Positions 9,308 through 18,995 of a stretch of DNA of 30,037 nucleotides are shown here, piece by piece. Origin of the DNA: Promethearchaeota archaeon (lineage in GTDB: Archaea; Asgardarchaeota; Lokiarchaeia; Sigyniarchaeales; SOKP01). Below the pieces are notes generated by a model. That model was not told where the DNA came from. It made no database searches and saw only the letters and a list, made by a program, of their open reading frames with translations. The stretch covers positions 1-30,037 of the forward strand of contig JAFGOA010000058.1 of NCBI GenBank assembly GCA_016926735.1. The letters run 5' to 3'. Position 1 is the stretch's first letter. Each line of letters begins with the position of its first letter. The position numbers were made by a program, and so were the translations under genes.

Positions 9308-10426
9308 ATGAGAAAAAGTAAAAACAATTCATTAGGGTATTTTTATGCTTATTTTGCAATTCAAATAATTTTTATTTTAGTTCATAGTTATCTTCCTATT
9401 TACTTTAAAAATATAATTTTTGTTGATCAGAAAACATTAATTTATGCTTGGATTATTTCATACTCATTTTTGCTTATTAAGCCATTAATATCTCTATATT
9501 ATAATAAAAGAACAGGAAATTTTCATTCAATCCTAATCGTATCTTCTATAAGTATAGTCATCAGTTTCTTTTTGATGATTCTAACGTTGGAATTATTGAT
9601 GATTTTTGGTTTTTTTTTAGGAATTAATTTTGCATTTTCCTCAATTCTTGATGTTATTGTTGATAAATCTCTAGTGGAAAAATCAAATACTGAAAAGAAA
9701 AAAAATAAGAATGCAACTAGTTTACAATTAGGTGCTGCCTTTGGATCTTTAATTCCCCCTTTTTTTTATTTAATTACGCCAAATTGGTCAATATTTTTTG
9801 TGAGTTTATTTATAATGACTATTCCTTTGGTATTTATTGTTTATTTTATGAATATGTCTGTCCAAATACAAAAGAAAGAAGAGGAAGAAATAAAATCTGT
9901 TAAAATATCAAGTAATAAAATCATTTTAATGTGTATTTTTACATTTCTTATTTATGCAGATAAACTCTATGAAATCCCCTTAGAACCATGGATAACAACA
10001 ATTATAGATGTAGATCTGTTTTCTATTCTTTTAATTATTTTAATTGTAATCAATACTTTAGGTATTATAATGGCAGGATTGATATCCCATAAATATAATA
10101 AAAAAAAAATACTTATGATATGTTGTTTTGGGATAGGAATATTATCAATGATAAGCTCATTTTCAAATATTTTTATTTTCTTTATTATGTTCTCAATTAT
10201 GCAAATTTTAGCTGGTTTTATATTAATTAATTTAATCTCATTAATGATTGATATAAGCAATAAACAAGTATTATACTATCAAATTATCGCATTTTTTGCT
10301 ATTTTAGCTAAATTAATTTTTGTACCCTTGGGAGACTATTTATCAATATACATCCCTGTAGAACTTATCATCTTTATTTCTGGAGTACCTTTTATAGTAT
10401 CTAGTATAATTCTTTACTATATTTAG
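9308..10426 (+). CDS. MFS transporter (AmpG/BT1-like)
   Basis: About 12 hydrophobic segments. LIKPL and SSILDVIVD motifs, GLISHKYNKKK loop motif. Confidence 0.75.
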   Translation: MRKSKNNSLGYFYAYFAIQIIFILVHSYLPIYFKNIIFVDQKTLIYAWIISYSFLLIKPLISLYYNKRTGNFHSILIVSSISIVISFFLMILTLELLMIFGFFLGINFAFSSILDVIVDKSLVEKSNTEKKKNKNATSLQLGAAFGSLIPPFFYLITPNWSIFFVSLFIMTIPLVFIVYFMNMSVQIQKKEEEEIKSVKISSNKIILMCIFTFLIYADKLYEIPLEPWITTIIDVDLFSILLIILIVINTLGIIMAGLISHKYNKKKILMICCFGIGILSMISSFSNIFIFFIMFSIMQILAGFILINLISLMIDISNKQVLYYQIIAFFAILAKLIFVPLGDYLSIYIPVELIIFISGVPFIVSSIILYYI

Positions 10427-10461
10427 CAAAATAATCTTATTTATTATTTTATAGATTCTAA

Positions 10462-11241
10462 TTATTTTTTATTCCTGTTTGCAATTAATGCTGCGGAAGC
10501 TCCAGCGCCAAATCCATTATCTATATTAACAACCAATAGGCCAGGAGAACATGACTGAAGCATAGTAATTAAGGCACCTTTTCCTCTTTCTCCAAAACCA
10601 TATCCAGATGAAACAGGAACACCTATTACTGGAATATCCACTAAGGCAGCAACTAATCCAGGTAATGTGCCTTCCATACCAGCACACACAATTATAACAT
10701 CAACATTAGATTCAATCATATGACTTAGAGGTTTAAAAATTCGATGTAGTCCCGCTATTCCAATATCATAACTCGATATTACTTGGCATCCCATAGCCTT
10801 TGCAATAACTTTCGATTCTTCAGCTACAGGAATATCAGAAGTTCCTGCGGTAATAATACCAATTAATCCTTTTTTTTTTTTAAATTCAAATTCCTTTTCT
10901 TTTATAATTATTATTCGTCCTAATTCATTGATCTCAATTATATATGAGCTATTAGATTCATATTTTTCCTTAATCAATGATAATTGATCTTGTGTAAATC
11001 TTGAAATAATCGTAAATCTATTCTCTTCTAAATATGAAGAAATAATATTCATCAATAAGGCAGAATCTTTATTTTCTGCAAATATGGCTTCAGGAATACC
11101 TGTACGTGTCTGTCGAAAAAGATCTAATTGTGCAAATTCTTCAACATTTTTAATATAATTGCTTCTTAGCATCTTTTCTGCTTGTTCTATTTCAATCTCT
11201 TTACTAAGAAGCTTTTCTAATATTTCATGAATATTATCCAT
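10462..11241 (-). CDS. larB: Nickel-pincer cofactor biosynthesis carboxylase LarB (PurE-like)
   Basis: R..RTGIPEAIFAENK, TAGTSDIPVAEE, DIGIAGLHR, AGMEGTLP, PVIGVPVSSGYG, SCSPGLLVVNIDNGFGA. Confidence 0.96.
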   Translation of the reverse strand: MDNIHEILEKLLSKEIEIEQAEKMLRSNYIKNVEEFAQLDLFRQTRTGIPEAIFAENKDSALLMNIISSYLEENRFTIISRFTQDQLSLIKEKYESNSSYIIEINELGRIIIIKEKEFEFKKKKGLIGIITAGTSDIPVAEESKVIAKAMGCQVISSYDIGIAGLHRIFKPLSHMIESNVDVIIVCAGMEGTLPGLVAALVDIPVIGVPVSSGYGFGERGKGALITMLQSCSPGLLVVNIDNGFGAGASAALIANRNKK

Positions 11242-11344
11242 TTCAATTATTTTACCAAATTAGTTAAAAATGAAAGTCATAAGAAACATTTATTCTTATT
11301 GTAATATTTATTTAAATCAAAAAAAATCTCATGTGATAATAATA

Positions 11345-12562
11345 ATGTTTGATTACGTATCATATAAAGATGTAGAATTAAAAGAAAAAAAAATACTCAT
11401 TAGACCAGATATCAATTCAAATATTGATATTGAAAATAATAGAATACGTGAGTCCCCAAGAATTCAAGCCCTTGGAAAGGCGTTAGAAGATTTTAAAGAA
11501 TGTGCAGTTGTTGTGATGGCTCATCAATCTCGTCCAGGAGAAAAAGATTTTACTAGTTTAGAAATGCATGCTGAAGAACTCAAAAAATATACTAATATGA
11601 ATGTAGAGTTTGTTGATGATATTTTTGGAGAAAAAGCCATAAAAGCTATTAAAGATTTGAAAATTGGAGAAGTATTGGTTCTTGAAAATGTAAGAATGTG
11701 GGAACCAGAAAATAAAACTTATGACGATTTCTCTGAAGCTGAAAAACTTGAGATGATTCAAGCTTTGGCTCCATTATTTGATTATATAATTGCTGATGCT
11801 TTTGGTGCGGCCCATAGAGCTCAACCTTCTATAATAGGTTGGCCAAAGATGATAGGAGGACCAACAATTCAAGAAGAATTTGACTATATGACAAAACTTC
11901 TAGAAACTCCAGAAAAACCAATAGCAATGCTAATTGGTGGTGCTAAAGCAATAGATAAATTTAATGCAATGAAATTCAATCTCGAGAATGATAGATTAGA
12001 TTATGCATTGTGTGCAGGACTAACAGCGGTTCTTATTATGGAAGCAATAGGAATTAATACAGGAGAACCAAATAAGAAAGCAATTCAAAAAGATTTAGCT
12101 AAAGCAAAAGATAACATAATTGAGACTTATCAAAAATTTAAAGATAACATTATTTTACCAAAAGATCTAACGATAAATGATAATGGTACTAGACAAAATG
12201 TTGAAATCGATGAGTTGGAAAAGTATAATGCTGTAACTGGTGATATTGGTGAAAAAACTATTAAAGAATTTTCATCTATCATTAATAAAAGTAAAACTAT
12301 AGTAGCCAATGGACCACCTGGTATTTTTGAAGAAGAAATATTTCGAAAAGCAACAAAAGAATTAGCTTTAGCTATGGCAAACAGTACAAAACAAAATAAT
12401 GCTTTAACCGTAATTGGGGGAGGAGAATTTGGAACAGCGGCTGAAATGTTAGGGTTAGCTAATGAAGTCTCTTTTATCTCAACCGGAGGAGGGGCAATGT
12501 TAGAAATTTTATCTGGAAAAGATGTTCCTCTTGTAAAAGCACTACGAGAAAGAAAACCTTAA
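11345..12562 (+). CDS. pgk: Phosphoglycerate kinase (archaeal type)
   Basis: RPDINS, AHQSRPG, LLENVR-like VLENVR, DAFGAAHRAQ, GGAK, NGPPGIFE, ISTGGGA. ATG 11345 preferred over 11270. Confidence 0.96.
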   Translation: MFDYVSYKDVELKEKKILIRPDINSNIDIENNRIRESPRIQALGKALEDFKECAVVVMAHQSRPGEKDFTSLEMHAEELKKYTNMNVEFVDDIFGEKAIKAIKDLKIGEVLVLENVRMWEPENKTYDDFSEAEKLEMIQALAPLFDYIIADAFGAAHRAQPSIIGWPKMIGGPTIQEEFDYMTKLLETPEKPIAMLIGGAKAIDKFNAMKFNLENDRLDYALCAGLTAVLIMEAIGINTGEPNKKAIQKDLAKAKDNIIETYQKFKDNIILPKDLTINDNGTRQNVEIDELEKYNAVTGDIGEKTIKEFSSIINKSKTIVANGPPGIFEEEIFRKATKELALAMANSTKQNNALTVIGGGEFGTAAEMLGLANEVSFISTGGGAMLEILSGKDVPLVKALRERKP

Positions 12563-12813
12563 TCATAATTTAAATTCATTTTTTGTATTTTTATTTATTT
12601 ATTTTTGTTTCTATGAAATCAAAAATGAAATAAAGGTTTTGGTCTAAAATTTGAAACTTAAATATGATTTATTATTACTTCAAAAAGTATATATTTTTTC
12701 TTAAATTAGGATAATAACATACTAAATCATATAAAGATTAATTTTAATAAAATATTTATTGGTTAGTGCGCTATTTAAAATATTATCAAAAAAAACATCG
12801 TATAAACAAGTTT

Positions 12814-12885
12814 GGGCCGATGATCTAGTCGTATGATGCCTCCTTGACGTGGAGGAAATCGGGAGTTCAATCCTCCCTCGGCCCA
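12814..12885 (+). tRNA. tRNA-Val(GAC), intron-less, CCA not encoded
   Basis: Acceptor GGGCCGA/TCGGCCC+A. Anticodon stem CCTCC/GGAGG, loop TTGACGT (GAC 12846-12848). T arm GGGAG-TTCAATC-CTCCC. Confidence 0.96.
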
Positions 12886-12916
12886 TTAGTAAATATTATA
12901 ATTTAAGGTAATAATA

Positions 12917-13396
12917 ATGCCAGTAAGAATTCGTTGGATATCAAAAGATTATTTCGGTATACTCTTAATGTTTTTTGGAGCAATTGGATTAATTCAGACG
13001 GTTTTAATAATAATAGCTCAATTTTTCTTAATAATTGCTAGTTATTATGTAGTAATTCTAATTCCTTTTGGAGCAATAATAACTTTAACTTATGGTGCAA
13101 TAATTATATATGAAAGTATCCTCCAAGTTCAAAGAAGAAAACAATTAAAAACCCAATACAGAAAATCAAGAGCTCAAAAAAGTGTAATTATAAAAATCCT
13201 ATACTTTCCAATTGTGTTCCCAATAATGATTACTGCAGCTATTTTTATATCATTCTTTATTATTGCATATTCTATTTCTATTACATTTTTAGATGTTCGT
13301 ATAGCTTTTATAATTTCTGAGATAGTAGGTTGTATCGTAGTTTTATTGGCAGCTAATGCTATAGAGATCTACTATGGGAAAGTAAGAAGATATTAG
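12917..13396 (+). CDS. Four-TM membrane protein of unknown function
   Basis: Two hydrophobic hairpins separated by a basic loop. AAGGT upstream. Confidence 0.75.
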   Translation: MPVRIRWISKDYFGILLMFFGAIGLIQTVLIIIAQFFLIIASYYVVILIPFGAIITLTYGAIIIYESILQVQRRKQLKTQYRKSRAQKSVIIKILYFPIVFPIMITAAIFISFFIIAYSISITFLDVRIAFIISEIVGCIVVLLAANAIEIYYGKVRRY

Positions 13397-13584
13397 CTTA
13401 CCTTTTATCTCTATAATTTGGAATAAGTCATTTTAATAATCCAGATATTACATATATTAATATAGTCAAAAACATCCTCATCAAAAGATAATCATTCTTT
13501 TATTAAATCAATTTTTTTTTAAACAAAAAAAATAAAAGAGTATTTACTTATTGTTATTGATATAGACCTATAATTTTTATAAAT

Positions 13585-14430
13585 ATGAAAGTTGAAGTTC
13601 GCTGCCCGTCTTGTGAGAAAATTGGATTTATTAAAATATCAGAGGATAAATTTGCAAATATAAATAGAGGTTTGTTAGCAATAAACATTGCTGAAAAGCT
13701 CATATGTGAACATTCTTTTATCGTTTATGTCGATAAAAATCTTATAGTGAGAGATTGTTTTATTGCTGATTTTCATATAAAGATTCCCGAATTAGATACA
13801 TCGGAAGAATTAAATGATAATGCTCTCCTAGATGTAAATAAAATAGATTTAGTTATCTTAAGATTAAATTTTTCAGCATCTATCTTTGCTTATATTTTGA
13901 GATGTTTGTTTTTAAAAAAAAAAATGGTGTTTATTAGCAAAGAAACTTTTTTATTTAAACACCTTAAAAGTCTAATTAAATATATCACGTTAAATAATTT
14001 TGATTATTCAATAGAGATCATCCATACTGATGATTTTTTTAAAAATATGGATAAATATAGTGAATATATTATTTTAGAGGGAAATAAGATAATTCAAGAC
14101 AAAGATAAGATTATTAATCCAAAAGATTTAAAAGTAGAACGCACAATCATACAAAAATTCTTATCTGAAAATGATAAACTTTCAAGCATCTTAATTCTTA
14201 GAAAAGAAATAGAAACATCATACAGACTTGCAAAGTCCGTAGTAGATTTTGTAAATACATATAAGGGTAAAGAAATACAATCAAAAGAAATTATAGATCA
14301 TCTTTTTAGAGAATTTAAAATTGAAGTTACAATTGGTTATTTGGATTATATAATTAAGATTGTAGAAAATGCGTTTAATCTTAAAGTACCAAAATCTTCT
14401 GACGTTTCTAATTTTCTAGGATTATTTTAA
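13585..14430 (+). CDS. Lokiarchaeia-type protein with N-terminal CxxC...CxH Zn-binding domain
   Basis: VRCPSC...CEHSFIVYVDKNLIVRD is a pattern I recall from Loki hypothetical proteins. Function unknown. Confidence 0.65.
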   Translation: MKVEVRCPSCEKIGFIKISEDKFANINRGLLAINIAEKLICEHSFIVYVDKNLIVRDCFIADFHIKIPELDTSEELNDNALLDVNKIDLVILRLNFSASIFAYILRCLFLKKKMVFISKETFLFKHLKSLIKYITLNNFDYSIEIIHTDDFFKNMDKYSEYIILEGNKIIQDKDKIINPKDLKVERTIIQKFLSENDKLSSILILRKEIETSYRLAKSVVDFVNTYKGKEIQSKEIIDHLFREFKIEVTIGYLDYIIKIVENAFNLKVPKSSDVSNFLGLF

Positions 14431-14503
14431 AGAAGAAGAAAAATAAATATCTGAATTAATGATTATTAGATATATAATTCTAAAAAATAAAAATTTAAAA
14501 AAA

Positions 14504-14905
14504 ATGTCAAAAACATCTCAAAAAATTTTAATGGTCGTAGGAGCATGCATGTTAGTAGGAGGAATTATTTTAATCTCAATTTCCTTTTCCAGATTTGGGG
14601 GTTTTAGTTTTGATTTCTCTAGCTTCGGAAGTATGGCTTTTTCAATGTTTGGAGGAGTAATTTTAATAGGATTAGGAATTTTCATGTTGATATGTGGAGC
14701 TATATCAATGGTAATTTTCGACGATACTGGTAATTCCAGCTATAAATCCTCAACTATACCTTCAGCCGCAGAAAATCCTTATCGTGCTAAAAAAGCAGAT
14801 AAAAATAAAAACATAATAAATACAAAAAAAATATGCGAATTTTGTAATGCTGAACTTTCGACCGAAGAAAAATTCTGTTCTAATTGTGGTTCTGAGATAA
14901 AATAA
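14504..14905 (+). CDS. Two-TM membrane protein with C-terminal zinc ribbon
   Basis: Two TM helices, then CEFC...FCSNCG. ATG 14504 preferred. Confidence 0.75.
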   Translation: MSKTSQKILMVVGACMLVGGIILISISFSRFGGFSFDFSSFGSMAFSMFGGVILIGLGIFMLICGAISMVIFDDTGNSSYKSSTIPSAAENPYRAKKADKNKNIINTKKICEFCNAELSTEEKFCSNCGSEIK

Positions 14906-15047
14906 TTTTTCCTATTTTTTCAATATAAAGGTTAATAATTATCAATATTATCGATGGTATCGCAATCAGAGCTAGATTCAATTCTAAAAATAATGGGATA
15001 TATTCTCAAAAAATTTTTTTAAAAAAAACAAAGAATTTAAATATAAT

Positions 15048-15099
15048 CAATACTATATCTTATATAGTATTGGGCGAATAGTATCCCATGAATACTATT
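15048..15099. promoter_or_regulatory. Paired palindromic operators upstream of the PadR gene
   Basis: CAATACTATAT-ctt-ATATAGTATTG (15048-15072) and AATAGTAT-cccatga-ATACTATT (15077-15099), just downstream of a TTTAAATA TATA-like box. Confidence 0.7.
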
Positions 15100-15125
15100 A
15101 TATATATAAAGATGGTAAAAAAGTT

Positions 15126-15671
15126 ATGATAAAAAGAATAAAAGAATTAAGACCTGATGTAGATATAGCTTTTCCAGAATTTCGTGAATTTATTGAAAAA
15201 TTTGAGTCAGAGATTAATCGAGGTATCAGTACTCTTAGTATATTGTCAATAATTAATAACAATAATACTGAAGGTATATACGGATATAAAATCTTAAAAG
15301 AACTTGAATTAAAGACTAATGAAATGCTTATAATTGAAGAAGGTACGTTATATCCTCTTTTAAGAAATCTTGAACGTGATAAAGTAATAGAATCTAAAAA
15401 ACAAGAGACAGGAAGGAAAAGAAAATATTACTTTATGACAGATAAAGGTAAAAAAATATATAATTATCTAACAGGATATTATTCTAAACTAACAAAGGCA
15501 ATTTCTAACCTGGCAGATTTCTCTGTAGAACTTAAAAATCGATATATATATTGTCCAATGTGTGCAAATAAAATAGATACCACTAAATTAAATTATAATT
15601 TTTGTAGTGTATGTGGTTATAATTTAGATCGTGAAATTAAAGAAAGAGGTAAAATTAATGATGGAAAATAA
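15126..15671 (+). CDS. PadR-family transcriptional regulator with C-terminal zinc ribbon
   Basis: YGYKILKEL, EGTLYPLLRNLE, RKRKYYFMTDKGK. CPMC...CSVCG. Confidence 0.92.
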   Translation: MIKRIKELRPDVDIAFPEFREFIEKFESEINRGISTLSILSIINNNNTEGIYGYKILKELELKTNEMLIIEEGTLYPLLRNLERDKVIESKKQETGRKRKYYFMTDKGKKIYNYLTGYYSKLTKAISNLADFSVELKNRYIYCPMCANKIDTTKLNYNFCSVCGYNLDREIKERGKINDGK

Positions 15672-16659
15672 TCTCAATTTAATAATTAGAAATTATTTAA
15701 AGAAAGTTGAAGAAAATTTACCCAATTGGTTGAGAAAGAATAAAAGAGAACTTAAGGATATTATGGACGAGTTGGAGGAACATATATGGGATAAGGCAGA
15801 GGAATTATCAGAATTCAATCATCCTACTATTGAGTCTATCAAATTAGCAATATTGCATATGGGAAAACCAAATAATATAGCAAGAGAATATAAAAAAAGA
15901 GGTACTCCACATGTCTATATAACAAAAGAATTATGGCCTTTATATAAAAAAGTATTATTTTCATCCATAATTATTATAGCAATATTTAACGTAATATCTT
16001 TATTTCTGAATTTTTCTGTGGGTAATATTCATAGTATTTTTGACATTTTTGGATATTTTATTGGAATTTTTGTTGCCTTTACAATTATTACTATTATTTT
16101 CTTTACCTTATCGAAGGAGGGGTATGTAATTGGAGAATATATACCAAAATCGTCTTCAGAAAAAGAAGATTACTTAATAGAACAATCTCAGAAAATTGGA
16201 TATCTAAATGATGTGTTACCTAAAAAACGATATTTAAATCCGTCGCAAAAATTCATTGAAGGAATTATTATTTTTGTTATAGGTCTAGGATTATGGACTT
16301 TACTTGATTTACACTTTGATGGAATTTATCATTATGTATTCGTGTCGAACAGTATCTTCTTGATGATTTTAGGTTTTTTGCTAACAATTAAAGCGCTGTT
16401 AGGAAATAAATATTTTTTTATACATCAACTTCTTGAAGTGTTAATGATTGCGTTGAAAATTTTTTTCTTTTTTTTATGGTTGAGTTGGAGTACATTAAAT
16501 ATAGCTTTATCAGGAGTATGGAAAAATAATCTCTTCTCATTACCTTATGAATATGTTGATGAGATTCAATTTTTCTTTCGAGCTATAGCGTTTATCTTCC
16601 TCATTTCAATAATTTTCAATATATATCGATGTTTAAAATTACAGAAATATAAAAAATAA
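15658..16659 (+). CDS. HAAS-domain multi-TM membrane protein (PadR partner)
   Basis: IRNYLKKVEENL...DIMDELEEHIWD...MGKPNNIAREY matches the HAAS pattern, followed by TM helices. Overlaps the PadR stop. GAGGT SD before ATG 15658. Confidence 0.8.
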   Translation: MMENNLNLIIRNYLKKVEENLPNWLRKNKRELKDIMDELEEHIWDKAEELSEFNHPTIESIKLAILHMGKPNNIAREYKKRGTPHVYITKELWPLYKKVLFSSIIIIAIFNVISLFLNFSVGNIHSIFDIFGYFIGIFVAFTIITIIFFTLSKEGYVIGEYIPKSSSEKEDYLIEQSQKIGYLNDVLPKKRYLNPSQKFIEGIIIFVIGLGLWTLLDLHFDGIYHYVFVSNSIFLMILGFLLTIKALLGNKYFFIHQLLEVLMIALKIFFFFLWLSWSTLNIALSGVWKNNLFSLPYEYVDEIQFFFRAIAFIFLISIIFNIYRCLKLQKYKK

Positions 16660-16816
16660 AAATTTCCTTTTTTTTTTCATTTTTTCTTCATATTTGAAGT
16701 TAAATTAAAGATAGAGACAATATTTTTTTAGGAGAAGACAGTTTTTAATGTTAATATTAATTTCAGTTCAATTAATATTACATATATTATATTGAATAAA
16801 TTTATTTCTATGATGA

Positions 16817-17355
16817 TTATCCTTCACAAGTTAAATATTTTTCATAATTAGATAACTTCTTAATTACATTATTTAACAGCCTCAATTCTTTTAGAGAACG
16901 AGTTAGAACAGATTCAGACTCTTGAAAGGTACTTTAAAACGCATTACATACTACTTTTTCTTTTATTATGAACCAAAAATGTTCAATCTCACATAGATCA
17001 GGAGAATACGGTGGAAGATAAATCAGTTTTAATTTATCTCGAACTTTATGTAAAAAATTCTTTAAAGTTTTAGCTCGATAAGCAGGAGCATTATCGGTAA
17101 TGGCATATATCATTCCAGATCCAGAATATTTTCTCATAAGATAATGCAAGAATATTTTATAGGCTCTCGCATTTAATAAATTAATAAATATAAAAGTATT
17201 GGTATGGTTTCTGAGATTTATGGCTCCTAAAACGTGCTTCCTTTTTTTAAACCAATTTATCCGCAAGATAGGACGACTTCTCTTCTTCGCTAACATTTTT
17301 TTCGGGATGCCGTTGAGATAAAAAGAGCTTTCATGCTGAAATAAAATAATTTTTC
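16817..17355 (-). mobile_element. IS630-family transposase remnant (DDE domain only, pseudogene)
   Basis: In frame upstream of the track ORF: KIILFQHESSFYL (first catalytic D appears as H). Then ITDNAPAY and LPPYSPDLCEIEHFW. In-frame TAA at 16934-16936 with the frame continuing to 16817. HTH part missing. Confidence 0.88.
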
Positions 17356-18324
17356 CTATTTTTTTTTTTTAATTACGAAATCTAAAATTATTCTAATTAG
17401 TAGTATTCCAATTAAAATTACATTTAGTATAATAAAATATGGAATATACCAATTTAAAAAGAAAAGAAACGGATCTACCTCTAAATCAAAATATATTTCA
17501 AAATAAGGTGTATAAATTAATTCATTGTTCCATTCCCATTTATAATTTCTATAAGTATCTTCTTCTTCAATTGTATAATTATAGGGATTTCCCGTTTTAG
17601 GATAATTTCCATAGACCTGATATGTAAACGACCCTGTAGAATTTATAGAATCATAGTCAGGATTTGTATATAAGTCATAATAAATAAAATAAACATCTAG
17701 ATAAACTACAGTAAAATCACTTGATTGAAGATTGAAACATAATGTAATATTGTTATTATTAGGAATTGTCATATTACATACTATTGCAGTATAATTGTCA
17801 TAATTCCGATTATAACAATTATATATATAATTATTAGGTTCTGTAGTATAAATAACATCACTATAATTATATGGGATTTTCTGATCATCTATTTTCAACG
17901 TAATGTTATAATTTTTTCCAAAGAAACTTGGAAAAGGAGAAATTAGCATAATAGTTTTATTTTCAGAATTAAAATTATGAATTGTATAATTTGCTTCGAT
18001 ATAATAATCTATAACATTAAATATATTAGAAGTATCCATATTAAACAAAATATTTGTGTTTATGATGGAGATATTTGAATAATTGTTATAAATAAAAGGT
18101 TGACCCGAACCAGGATTCTGGTCCGCTAAAGCATCAGTAAACCCCTCCATCATACTAGCAAAATAAAATGGAATAGCAATAAAATTAGTAATTATTAAAT
18201 ATATAACTACTTGTTTAAAGAATCTTATTTTGTCAAATGATTTAGTATTTATCACTTTAGTTCCACAATAAATACAAAAAACATAAGTTTTTTCTAAATA
18301 ATTCTAACATTTTGGACATTTCAT
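17356..18324 (-). pseudogene. Zn-ribbon + TM + Asn/Tyr-rich extracellular domain + C-terminal TM protein, with in-frame TAG at codon 7
   Basis: From ATG 18324: MKCPKC*NYLEKTYVFCIYCGTKV, in frame with the track ORF (GTG 18255). The downstream 299 aa are intact and could be translated from the GTG. Confidence 0.7.
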
Positions 18325-18618
18325 AACTGATTTACCATTTTCTTTATTAAAATTTATATGAAAAAATAAAAAGAAATTTAAATTTATAAATTTTTTGTTA
18401 TTTTTTTAATAAAAAAAATTAGCATATAGAATTAATCTAAATTTCAATATTTTCTAAATTCAAAGCTTTCTGCAATAAATAGAAGAATTTTTCTCTAATT
18501 TATGCTCTAAAATAAGGAAATTTTACTCTTTTTTAGGTTATTTGATTGAATATTATTATAGAAATATTTGTCAGTAAATTTTATTATATTATTATCGTGA
18601 TATTAGAAGATATAAGAT

Positions 18619-18646
18619 TAATCGTGAAAGGACAGTTTTGCTAAGC
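18619..18646 (+). repeat. dif-like 11-6-11 site B
   Basis: TAATCGTGAAA-GGACAG-TTTTGCTAAGC. Confidence 0.7.
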
Positions 18647-18810
18647 GCACTCTAATGAATGATAACAGCCATATCATTAAGAAAGAGAAAGAGAATTAAT
18701 TAAGAAAAGAGATTTTAACACTTTGAATGAATTATCAACTAATTATTAAATAAAAAAAGCTTTTAATCTTTACAATCCGATGATAAATTATTATTAAGAT
18801 AATAGTAATA

Positions 18811-18838
18811 ATATCGTGAATTAACTGTTTTGCAAAAT
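18811..18838 (+). repeat. dif-like 11-6-11 site C
   Basis: ATATCGTGAAT-TAACTG-TTTTGCAAAAT. Confidence 0.75.
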
Positions 18839-18918
18839 TCTTTTTCACTTATATAGATTGGAATTTCTCTCTCATATCTATTGATCTACATTAAAAATAA
18901 AAAAATTTATATATTTTA

Positions 18919-18969
18919 ATGACTACTAGTCATATAATAACCTATGGTAATTCTATGACTTATAGTCAT
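18919..18969. promoter_or_regulatory. Two palindromic operators (probable TetR sites)
   Basis: ATGACT-act-AGTCAT (18919-18933) and ATGACT-tat-AGTCAT (18955-18969), right after AAAAATTTATATA (BRE/TATA-like, 18901-18913). Confidence 0.78.
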
Positions 18970-18995
18970 TATTTTTAATAAAAGGTGTAATTTAA

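Noticed and set aside
12814-12885. tRNA-Val as the integration site of the accessory region
   Set aside because: No duplicate of its 3' end and no integrase seen. Core-like genes follow it.
16725-16752. Possible extra site A (TTTTTAGGAGA-AGACAG-TTTTTAATGTT) at the accessory-zone border
   Set aside because: Only the ACAGTTTT core matches and the arms are too divergent in AT-rich DNA.
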